A stretch of DNA of 59,818 nt, counting the filler, from Sphacelaria rigidula (Eukaryota), in assembly GCA_964200075.2 (NCBI GenBank). It is 7 parts of 7 records of this genome, joined end to end, with 100 filler letters (N's around TTAATTAATTAA, not from the genome) between each part and the next. Parts side by side here need not be neighbours in the genome. Positions count along the whole stretch, not along the records: positions 17,123 to 25,582 come from CAXNAA020011066.1; positions 25,683 to 34,141 come from CAXNAA020011067.1; positions 34,242 to 42,700 come from CAXNAA020011068.1; 4 more parts are not named here. One strand, 5' to 3'. Both the position numbers and the translations under genes were made by a program. Shown one piece after another: positions 25,433 to 36,722 of the stretch; positions within the stretch are counted from its first letter, which is position 1; each line of letters starts with the position of its first letter. A model generated the notes under the pieces. The model saw nothing but the letters and a program-made list of their open reading frames with translations. It ran no database searches and was not told where the DNA came from.

Positions 25433-25682
25433 TGTCAAGATTCGCCTTTTAAGGCCGGATGTTATGGCAAACAGATCTTCGGCCCACGGATTGTTCACTT
25501 TTGGTACGTTTGACTCACCTTTTGACCCCCAAACAGGGAAAACCGCCAACACACGTCTTGGACACTTTGCATCACCCCACAGNNNNNNNNNNNNNNNNNN
25601 NNNNNNNNNNNNNNNNNNNNNNNNNNTTAATTAATTAANNNNNNNNNNNNNNNNNNNNNNNNNNNNNNNNNNNNNNNNNNNN

Positions 25683-26269
25683 AATATAAAAAAAATGTGT
25701 GCTTTCCATTTTTTTTTTTTTCATAGAGGTCAGGGCGTTCTCGTGAAATATGGTCTTGACCATAGTGGAACGCCCTAAACCAGTGGAAAAAATTGAAGAA
25801 AATCAACCTGACCAACTTTGTTTTGTTGACTATGCCCTAGCCATGCCCTAGCCATGCCCTACACAATTTTTCAACGCACAAACACCAAACGTGGGCCGGC
25901 AAATGGCCTGCAAAATACTGCTCCGAATCTCTTCTGACCCTGTCACTTAATGGCCCATTATACGGCCAATACTTGGAGTTGGATCCTGAAATTTGGTATG
26001 GAGAATGAGTAGGGCATCATGAAAAAAATTACTGGCGTACACAAGTTTTTTTTCGTTTTTTTTCATGAGTCAAGGGCAATATTCAGTTTTCAGATATCGG
26101 TAAAAAGCCTGTAATTCATGAAAAAAGAAAAAGCCCTTGTGTACGCCAGTATTTTTTTTCATTATGCCCTACTCATTTTCCATACCAAATTTCAGGGTCC
26201 ACCTCCAAGTATTAGCTGTATAATGAGCCTGCAAACTGCAAAATCGCTTCTCGGCTGGCCCAGCTCGTA
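25683..26269 (+). mobile_element. Family F non-autonomous DNA-transposon-like end with internal foldback
   Basis: Internal inverted arms at ~25955-26068 and ~26116-26228. Ends GCTGGCCCAGCTCG|TA followed by (TA)n. A similar terminus occurs near 31015, 32978 and 36189. Confidence 0.6.
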
Positions 26270-29200
26270 TATATCTATATATATATATATATAGATATCA
26301 TATATGTATATATATATACCCACATGGTTTTGAAAAAAAGGTATATGTGCAGTGATGAAACGGCTTTTATGAAACCCAGATGCAGCATCGTCCAGCTGAC
26401 CCTATGCGAGGCGCGTCTGTGATGACAAGAGTCAAACTTGTGCATACGGTACGCTCACTGGACTTCGTCCTGCATAACTGCATCCTGAATGCTCACAGGG
26501 TTAACCGGGTTTGAAAATACAACATACATGAGCAACGGAATAGTCGACGTTTGACTGTGTACACGAGGCGGTGAATGCGACCGCACAGATCTGGCCCACG
26601 TCTTTGACCCTTCCATAATACATCGATACTCAGAGCCGGTGAATCTCCTCTTCTGTGGGGGTGGGCCCAGGTGAACAATTTGCTGTTAGATGAATGATCG
26701 GCGCCGCCTTGCACCATTCGTGGGGGGCATTGACATTACTCCGCGGCGGTGTAGCTTGTCGACCTTTGCTGCTCATGATTATCTGGAGGTTATCTGAAAG
26801 TGTTGCTTGGGTTGTGGCGCGTCGGTCTCACAGCTCCGGGTATTCCAAGTTGTGGTCGGAGGGTGCGTGGTTTGCGATTAGAGGAAGACAGCTGATCGTA
26901 CAATCTACGGCGTTGGATTCAGGCGTTCTTGCTAGAAATCTGAAATCCGGTCGGTGTCCATCTCCGTTTCCGAGCGGCAAAATGCAGATCCAGCGACGGT
27001 CTGACGTAACCGCCCCCGCATGATGCCGTTCGGGCTGTTGTGTCGGCAAGATGTTCAACCCTGTTCGTTGGATCTCCGGGAGGTCCGGCACACAAGGGAC
27101 CTGTATGAATCGTTGGATCTTCCGGGTCTTCGGGCCAACCAATAGGGGGGCTACACTCTTTTCGTCGTTGAGTTTCGGCCTTTTTTGGCGGGGTGTAATT
27201 TTACCGAAAATGGCTATGGTTGTGACTGCTCGGCGTAACTTGCGCTGAGACGGCGGTACGGTCACCACTTCACAAAAAAGGGTCACCACATGACAGAAAA
27301 GGGACAACAGTCACACAAAAAAAGATAGATATAACTTTTTAGCAGAGGGCAGGGTGGACCCTCCTGTTTTGCTTACAAAAAAGGGTACTGTCACAGGCTC
27401 TCATTTTCTGCGCGGTAGTTCAGCCCAGTACCACTTGTGGAAGTGAAAACAAATGGTCGCGTATGCTGACCAGGGGCTCTGGGTGTGGGACTGGGGCGCT
27501 GGAACGTGTTTTCGAGGTGTTCAGCCAGCATGCAGCGCCGCGTCCCAAAGCGAAAAATGCGCTACCCTTTTTTGCTCCAAAAGCACTTGGGTGTGCCCGT
27601 TTTTGTGTATTGTCATATATATATATATATATTGACGATTCAATATACTCGTTTTCTACATATATTGGCTGCACGATATCTATGCGATATGCGTGCGCAA
27701 TATATGTTGGTAAAACAATACTTTTGCATGGTTTACGCTCAATATATATTATGGCAACAAAATGTTACGCATCGCTTCGACTCAATAAATATGAACACTT
27801 CAATACATGAACAGCCGGCACGCACAATGTGTATTGAATGTTTTGTTCGCGGGGCAAGTGCATGTCCAATATATTTTGTCGTGCATAACTTCACGATCAT
27901 GACACGAGAAATATATGTTTTTGCTTCAATATCTCCGAGGACAATTTCACACAATATACATTGAAAGTACAATTTGCGCTGTCTCCAATAAAGACCCTTG
28001 GTATCATACTGGAAGATATTGTATTGTCCAGGGTATAAGCAACACAGAACCGGTGACCACAGAGACACCAAAAGACGCATATCGATTCGCTTTTTCTGTC
28101 ATCGTGATGATTACCCACGATACATCACCTGCTATGAAGGGGATGGGCGGCCCCGTACCGGTGGCGAGATAGATATCAGAAGGCATATATGCCGGGTCGC
28201 CTCTTCCGCCACTATATTTTCTGACCAGTATATATATATACGTATATATCAGACGTATTCGACAACTCTTCGTAGCAATGCACGCGAACTTCTGCTACTC
28301 CCTTCAAAGCGTTTCCGAATTTGCACGGGCTCCGGCATCCACCGCGTCTGGATCTTCCTCAAAGTCAACACCATACTAATCATCCGATATATAGTGACCG
28401 GCCAATACATTGGCACCAACACAGATCTTACGTATATTGACCGGTCAACATGTTGTCACCAATACGACCCTAATATATAATGATCGTGCAATATGCCGTC
28501 ACCCTCACTGCCTCAATTTATGTTGATGGGACGATAGGTGTTCAACCCCACGGTACCAATATATATTGAGTGGGCGATATGTATGCAGTCCCACGACATC
28601 AACACACACGAGGGGCGCGCAATACGTGTGCGATCCAAGGGTACACACATATATATATGTATATATACATATTGCGCCGGCAATATATCACAATATTCCA
28701 ATATGATCGACTAATATATACATTGAAAACATTTCTTGTTTTGTCCAGGGTATGACGTTTTCCGTAGTCGGCGATTATTCAATAGTCTTTTCGGGTGCCG
28801 CCGATAGTATCAGTGAGTGTTTGATCCCGACGTTTGGGGATCGGGCTATTAGACCCACTTTCATGGCAACAAATCTCGATTACTTGGGATATCGATTTTG
28901 AAAAATCAGGGGGGACTCAAATTCGTGGACCCAAAATCGGGGACCCGTTTCGTGGCACAGACAGTACAGTATCACAGATTGGAAACGGTTCTGTACACGT
29001 ACGGTCATTTTCTGCATGAGTGTAGTACTACATACTCGTGCATGAAGCCGAAGATCAGGCAGGCGGCAAACAATCCTTCGAGTACAGTGTCGTACCTTGG
29101 TGCTCTAGGGTAATACAGTGCAGGATATCACATCAGTACACTATATGATAATGCCGTGTGGTAGTACATGACCGCATAGTCGGTACTGCGAGAACAGACA

Positions 29201-29521
29201 ACAAACAGAGCGCGAGCAGAGTTCAGTAGTGCCGTGCCGTACATCACCCCCCAAGTACAGCGACAACAGCTAGGGGAGTACAGTAGCGTTTGTTAAAGTA
29301 TTACATATCGCAGCGCAGCGCAGCATAAAATATTACTATCGCCGCAAGGTATGGCGTCAGCTCTCATTATCCGCTTGTCACACCCCGTACGAAGTTGCTG
29401 CAGCAGCTGGGGCGGGCAGTACGCATGCTCCGTGATGTCACGACACTGTCTTCTGCTGCCGTTGCAAAAATAATAACGCCTCGTACTTTAGCAATGTACG
29501 TTAATGCACGTACGTCACCTA

Positions 29522-29617
29522 AAAAAATCGGGGGGTCACGATCTCGGAACGATTACCCCCTATTTTTCGAAAAAAATCGGGGGGAACCGTTCCGAGATCG
29601 TGACCCCCCGATTTTTT
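29522..29617. repeat. Near-perfect 96-bp palindrome/hairpin
   Basis: AAAAAATCGGGGGGTCACGATCTCGGAACG pairs perfectly with CGTTCCGAGATCGTGACCCCCCGATTTTTT, around an imperfect inner stem centred on TTTTCGAAAA. Confidence 0.9.
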
Positions 29618-30461
29618 CGCCCCCGATTTGGTCCAAATCTGTGCCCATAAAATGTGTTCCTTGATTTGTTTTCCCCCCATTCTGAAAAATCGAGATTTGT
29701 GCTCGCCATAAAAGTGGGTCCTAGGCATCCACTCCACATTCCGGAACGTAAATGATATTTGGGCTAGGCTTCTACTTATTATGCTGGTGAGGTCAGTTTT
29801 TTTATGCAAGTAATCTTACCAAAAAATATGCTCGTAATGTTGAATTTGTGCTCGATTCATGCTCGCATTTTTAATGAAGTTATGCTCGATTTATGCTCGC
29901 GACGCGAAAGTTTTCGCTCAACTATGCTCGTGATATCCAACAAGGATGCTATTTTCGACTGGATACAGACCCACCGATCGATATTTTGTTTTACTGTTAT
30001 GACGTTCATCACATTAGCTCAATCTCTCAAACCCCTGGTCACACGAGTGCAAGGAGCATACCACCCATACCTGTTAATCAGGCAGCCCGCAGAGGAAGGC
30101 AAACAAACCTTCTCTGCATGTTTAATAGATACGAAGTACTACCTACCTGCATTAGTACGATTAAATACCGTGTTTTCCTATTGTCGTACACGGCGCATCA
30201 CTGTATACCATCGCGTACTCTCTGTACTACATTTTGTGCCATATACCGCCTCCGAACTGCCGTGCAGACAAGACATCTGGCAGGCAACCTGCTGATTCGA
30301 ATATCTATCATATTCTGGCACAATGAGTGTACGTTGTACGCATCTCGTCACCGCACTCAAAATGACGAGTCGCGAAATCACATGATGTGTTCACTCGTCG
30401 CCTGTCCCATGTCGAGAAACTCGTGTCCAACGACAACGACAACGACAAACGAAAAACTGAT

Positions 30462-30660
30462 ATTTGATTGATGAATGATTGTTAGATTGGTTGTCTCGAA
30501 CGGACCAATGTCACTTCAAATCCAGCCGAAATCGCAAGATGGGTACAACCTAGGGAACAAGGTGAAAAAAAGGAAACACACAAAAGAGTAGATATTGGGA
30601 AAATACTGGAGTAGACAAGAAGAATCAAGTAGCCAGAGAAAGTACAAAACCACAGCACAC
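30462..30660 (-). mobile_element. Probable 5'-truncated LINE 3' end
   Basis: Minus strand GGCTGGATT...GAGACAACCAATC...CATCAATCAAAT resembles the RTE tail. Confidence 0.4.
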
Positions 30661-31499
30661 AACATATAACGGGAGGCCAAGATCTGCTGCTGTGCTGCTT
30701 TGCTGCGTGCTGTGCGCCGTGTACCATAGACTACCGACGGTACAGTAGTACACTGTACGTGTTTATGTTTTGTGCCGTATGTTTTCACGTTTTTCAGACC
30801 TACGATCGATTAGACCTGCAGTTTAAATGACTAATTCCAGAGCATTCACGTATTTCAATCAACGAGAAAATATGGGCCCAAACGTTTGAGCAGATGGGCA
30901 CCTTCCCCTTGATCAGACGATTTATACGATATGCGGATCATGGCCCAACTTGTCTGTGTCGATGAGATATTGCTTTTGGAGCCTAAATCCGTTTTAAGGC
31001 CGGTCCAGCTCGTATGCTATTTATGCCACCAACATGGATTCATGCTTGTAATGATGCTAGCATAAAATGAAGAAGCCTAATTTGGGCTCAACATTAAACG
31101 GTAGACGGGCTAGTTGGCAGGGAAAATGTAGACCGTTCTTGGTCCGAAACAAGTTTTTCCCCCCGCTCTAGCGCAGTGGAAGGTAAACAAAAACGTAGGC
31201 GCTTGTACGATAATTCATGGGAACGATCGGGATTGATCTACCCCGCCCTCTATGCTATACAGAGCTCGGTTGGACACTTGTAGTAGGGTATTTTCGTGAA
31301 TTTGCCAGCTTAGTATTCTTCGTGAGCACCGAAATGTCCTAGCGTCGATAGATATTGGGAGAAGAAGCAAGTGATTTTCTCGACACCATTCCCAAGTTGG
31401 TGGTGTTGGAGTGATGAGAAGTCGAGACCTCGTTCATCAGGGGGTGTCATCTACCGTCGCTGGTCCAAAGAACATGGGTTTTCGGCCCCAGTGCAACGA

Positions 31500-32978
31500 A
31501 AATCCCTGGGGCGTGGGGAGACGATAGATACCGTCACGTTCACCTAATTCGTTATTTATCTCGAGATATGGCGCACATAAATTTTGATATCAAAACCAAT
31601 ATATTACGAGCAGAGGCATTAGATGAACTGAATCCGGATTTCGCGTCCCAGTTTTCGAGATTTATGCTATGAAACGTCGTACGGAGAAGCGATGGTGCAT
31701 GGTGAAGCAGAAAAACCTTACCGTTTTCATTTTGTTTGCTGTTTTTGCATTTTTTTCCCGTTTACCGGGCAGTTTTGAGGAGAAACGAACACTGCTTTTC
31801 TTTTGGGCCTCATCTCAATTGTTAGCTTGATTTATATAATTGTGATTTGAAACTCAGCATGAAGAACCACCGAGGTATGCTGAATTGAAAAAAAATGCAC
31901 ACGTCGGACAGATCATGATCCGTCTGAAAATTAATTATTTTCAAAGTACTGATCTGGATCATGATCCGGATCATCTGACCCTACTTCTCCATGTTTGCTC
32001 CTTACGGTGCCGGACGCTGAGCATGCCGAGTGGTGCAAAGGCTGCGCTTTGGCTTTACTGACTCCGCTGTCACATATTTTGTGTTTGTGGACCAACGGAC
32101 TCGAGAGTCTCCTTTGATTATTTGTTTCAGACAGATAATGATCTGTTCGGCGTATGAAAAAATTGACCCTCGTCTTTTTTTTTTGGGGGGGGGGAGGATC
32201 GCGTTCTCGTCGAAACATTGTTTCTATGCTAACACGACGTAAACCAGTAAAAAAAAATGAGAAAATCAACCTGACCCACTTAATTTCGTTAAAAAAGCTC
32301 TGGCAAGGGCCCACCCAAAAATTCAATACTCAAAAAACAATAGTGGGCAGGTGAGTGGTCTGCGAAATACTGTTCCGAATTTCTACCGACTCCGTCACTA
32401 AACGGCCCATTAGCCGGCCAATATTAATAATTGGATCCTCAAATTTGGTATGGACAACGCATAGTGCATAATAAAACAAATTACGGGTGCACCAGATAGT
32501 TTGTTCGTTTTTTTTCATGAGTTACGGGCGATGATCAGTTTTCAGGTATCAGTGCAATGCCCTCAACTCATGAAAGAAAACAAAACAAACCTTGCACGGC
32601 TAGGACAAATCATCACCACTCAGAATCACCAAATCCACGATTTCTTCGGCCCGAATGCCCAAAAGGGAGGAAAAAGTTTATTGCTGGTATAAGGGGTATC
32701 CACGCAACTTTTGCGCGATTCCGCGCGTCTGGGCTGCGTGTACCTGGGTNNNNNNNNNNAGAGATTGATTCGTCACGAGTCGACTCATAATACTGAAACC
32801 AACTAATTTTCAGACGAATCATCATCTGTCCGACCCTTAAAAACTTGTGTGCACCGGTATTCGTTTTTTATGCTACATTCATTGTCCATACCGAATTTTA
32901 AGGTCCAACTTCAAATATTGGCCGGTTAATGGGCTTGCAAACTATAAATTCTAGGGCGATGAACTGGACCAGTTCGTA
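31500..32978 (+). mobile_element. Family F element copy
   Basis: Homologous to 5610-6260 and 25683-26269, with internal inverted arms ~32404-32495 and ~32845-32935 and terminus CTGGACCAGTTCG|TA. Confidence 0.6.
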
Positions 32979-33432
32979 CTGGCAGTTAAAGCGGAACTGG
33001 AGTTTACCCGGAACTGGTTATCAGGACTCCACTTTATCCAGTATATTTGAAATTTGCCGTTACCGGCTATGTTTATACTATTTTTAGTACCGTGAGTTTG
33101 TAACAAAGATGCTGACATGATTACGAACTAAATGGCAGTAGAGTTGTGGTCTGCACCTGACAACAGTACAGGTACAGACAGTACAGAACAGTGCTCGTGG
33201 TCACTACACTTCAAAGTGATATTGCGGATACATGCCAGGTTTGCCATTTCGTAGCACATCAGGAATCAAAAAAGCAAACAAACGGTAATTCGCCACCACA
33301 AAATACAAAGTACACCATGGCTTGCAATTCAACTGCATGCGTGCTTGTGGGTCCGGACGTGAATCATTTCGCGCTCTTATCCCCGCGTGCTGCCAGCCTT
33401 GGAATGTTCGCATCTCCTCACGGAGAGTCTGC

Positions 33433-33495
33433 TGCTACATATTATAGATGAATTGCTACATATTATAGATGAATTGCTACATATTATAGATGAAT
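33433..33495. repeat. Tandem repeat, 3 x 21 bp (TGCTACATATTATAGATGAAT)
   Basis: Three exact copies read directly from the sequence. Confidence 0.95.
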
Positions 33496-33674
33496 GGTTT
33501 TCGGATCGCTCCCCGCTTTGAATGGGATTTGAATGTCATCCGAGAGTGCCCAAATAAAACAATCCGAGGCCCTATGCTCCTTTTTTGAATCCTGGAGTGT
33601 TTCTGGCGCGGGGGGGGGGGGGGGGTGGTATTCCTAAGATTGGTTGTGGANNNNNNNNNNTTTTTTGGGGGGGT

Positions 33675-33710
<36 letters not shown>

Positions 33711-34241
33711 CGAATCCTAAATATGATTATCAAAAAAAAAAACTAGGAAAAACAAACTCATACGTATATAGAGTAAAAAATAAAAATCCGTGTCTATGAA
33801 GCTTTTAATTTCTTCGCATACCTTCGGAGCCAAGTAAGGACAAGTTATATTTATGGGTTTCGGCAACACATTGCACATCACACTCCCACGACAATAACAA
33901 GACCAGATAAATACCACAATGTTCTGCAATGCTTACTCAGTCAAGCTCAACGCATCTATCTGCACCGTCATTTTGCGTCCAATGTGCGTCGCATCTTGTG
34001 GTGGCAGATAGGGCCAACGATCATGGGCGCTACCTCACCCAAGGCGCCCAAAAACGGCTATTCATTGAGTGTTCCTCAATGTGAAAACATATACTTCGTA
34101 TATACGATTGCCGGAGGGGGTGGAGGGGGGGGGGGGGGGGGNNNNNNNNNNNNNNNNNNNNNNNNNNNNNNNNNNNNNNNNNNNNTTAATTAATTAANNN
34201 NNNNNNNNNNNNNNNNNNNNNNNNNNNNNNNNNNNNNNNNN

Positions 34242-35802
34242 GAGAGACGAGACTGTTCTACGATCAACCGCATGTCGTTGCACTCGAGACCCACGCCATC
34301 AACCGCCGACAGCAAGGGTCTTGTGGCTTTCACGCGATGCTGTCGGCGGTACGGCAGGCAAACCGGGTCATAGCTACCTTTCGTTGCTCTAGCGCGTACT
34401 CCCGTCTGCTCAGAGGTGGTCACAGTAACAAACTGCACCGAAGTCGCAACATCTGTGAAAGCTAGAGAGTTGGATTTTTATGAACTGCATCCACACAATT
34501 CAAACGGCTCTCAAAACCTGAGGGAGGACGGCTTCCCCGTCCCCCAGCCAGACATTGATGAACGAGGAAAGACTTTTGACAGGCTGATACAACAGAAATG
34601 GGGGCCCGGAGAAGGTTCTTTCCATCAAAATCCGCGCTTTCTAACCTGCAAAGCGTTCCATGCGCATTGTTTTCTACTACGAACGGTAACTTGTCGGTTC
34701 CTGTTTCGTTCTTCAAGGACTGCGTGGTGCCGATTACCGAAAGGCTTGGTGTTGCTGTTCGATGGTATCCTCGGATGTTTAACTGGACCCGAAGCGGCCA
34801 CCTTCCCTCAGGTTTTGAGAGCCGTTTGAATTGTGTGGATGCAGTTCATAAAAATCCAACTCTCTGGCTTTCACAGATGTTGCGACTTCGGTGCAGTTGG
34901 TTACCGTGACCACCTCTGAGCAGACGGGAGTACGCGCTAGAGCAACGAAAGGTAGCTATGATCCGGTTTGCCTGCCGTACCGCCGACAGCGTCGCGTGAA
35001 AGCCACAAGACCCTTGCTGTCGGCGGTTGATGGCGTGGGTCTCGAGTGCAACGACATGCGGTTGATCGTAGAACAGTCTCGTCTCTCCTCCCAAGTTGCA
35101 ACAGCCCATGACCTCCTGACATCGGAATACTTAGTACTCATGGGAAGCTACTCGTACTGTACCGAGCTGTCCACGCGACCAGCGTGTGCTGCAGATTGCC
35201 TATGCGCCACGCTAGCAACAGCTAGGTCACCACCATAGGTATCGTTTTTCACTCCGCATGTCAAAAAGGTCTCTACAAGTGTTTGATCTCTCATACACCC
35301 CCCTCAACTGGCGTGTGGCAGGCCCTTCTACTCGGGCACCCGGTTGGGGGAGGTCGGCGAAAATCAACGATGAATAACACTCCCTAAGTTCAAGTTGAAT
35401 CTGTCTGTTATTGCCGCAGCACCGTCTTTCCTGGCATGTGTGTGACAGAGAACAGTAGTAGCGGTGACGGGAGCATTGGCCTATTTTTCAACGACATGCT
35501 TTTCAGCGCACAAAGGCGCGTCCTGTCCAAAAGGGGAGGCAGAGAGGAATCGATCTTCGCATTCGTGAGCTCGACAGGCAAGAAGAGATGACGGAATCTC
35601 TCCGCACGTCGATGTTTTGGCACATGAAAAATTGGGCACATGTTGGTATAATAACATCGATGATGCCAGTTTCTCAAGCGATTGGTAATCGCCGAGCGAG
35701 GGCACACAAAGGACACGGGCGAGGAGCTTCCTCTGTGTCGTTGCTTCTCTCTTCCGATGATATCGCTATCGACACGCGTGTACACCGCATTCGTTAGGTG
35801 CA
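34242..35802 (-). mobile_element. Unclassified foldback-bearing element, copy A (cut by contig start)
   Basis: The reverse complement of 35090-35802 is collinear with 51628-52080 plus 57520-57765. Contains inverted arms 34242-34525 and 34804-35087 (5 mismatches in 284 bp) around a 278-bp loop. Confidence 0.85.
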
Positions 35803-36432
35803 CCTAGCCACAGCTGCTCAATTGGTGCGGATATTTTTGAGGGCAGGATAGCTTCGCTCGGTCGCAAGTGTTTCGCGTCTTCCCTGCAAACGAGAAATGC
35901 CACTTCAATCCCATATTTTGTATGAACCCCATTTTTTAGGATCCGCTGTTAAGTGATGGAAGACTCCAATAATGGAGGTCATGAGTTCGAATCACGGCAG
36001 ATTCTTTCTTTTTTCGTCTGTCGTTAAGGTCACATTATGTAGTATATTTTCTTCATTCAGCGGCGGTGCCGTGTGTCACCACGTTGGTCTACACTTCACA
36101 GTGATATGCTTACATCGGGTTCATTCGGGAAACTGGGAAAGCTGTGGTGTGAGCAAGTCTCAGCAGCTTTTAAGCTGGTCCAGCTCGTATGGTGGTCGGA
36201 ACCGTGGTAAGCGATACCCCCCGCCCCGGCCCCAACGGGCCTTTAGATAATGTAAGCCTTGTCGGAGTTTCGGCTCTGCTTGCGTTTGAAGCTACTTTTT
36301 ACGAGAGTGAAGGTGCCCCGATGATTGAGCCGAATCCATGAGGTTGTGTGGCTACTCAAAGGTACCCTACACCGATATAATTACCCACGAATTCCACAAA
36401 GATGAGGTTATCGTTTTCTCAAAGGTTCCTTA

Positions 36433-36722
36433 GGGTGTACTCATGATCATGCATGCCATAGTCGTGAGACCATTGACCTCGCATCCCTTGAAAGCCGGGA
36501 CGGAGCACGCTGGGTTTCGCCGGACCAGGCTTGCACTCAATTACCGAGCGCGAAGCGCCGTGGTGTGTTTGGCGAGTCGCATGAAGAGTGAGCTGCATTC
36601 TGCTACGATTGTTCGGTCCGAAGCCTATTGATTTATTTTGCATATGGATGACAAGCCTCCAATGAGTTGCTTCATTTTCTGGTGCCGCCACTTCCTGAGC
36701 CAGCCACGGTTTATACGCTGCC
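36433..36722 (+). repeat. Modular repeat family P/Q/R, blocks P-Q-R
   Basis: GGGTGTACTCATGATCATGCATGCC...GAGTCGCATGAAGAGTGAGCTGCA...AATGAGTTGCTTCATTTTCTGG. Homologous to 17123 and 42355. Confidence 0.8.

Noticed and set aside
33433-33495. CRISPR-like array
   Set aside because: Contiguous tandem repeats without spacers, in a eukaryotic context. The 48-bp repeats at 55370-55560 are likewise simple tandem degenerate repeats.
34891-35238. ORFs in hairpin arms, loop and leader as conserved proteins
   Set aside because: In the arm and loop segments compared, A-versus-B substitutions show no clear third-position bias, several frames contain stops, and no domain is recognisable.
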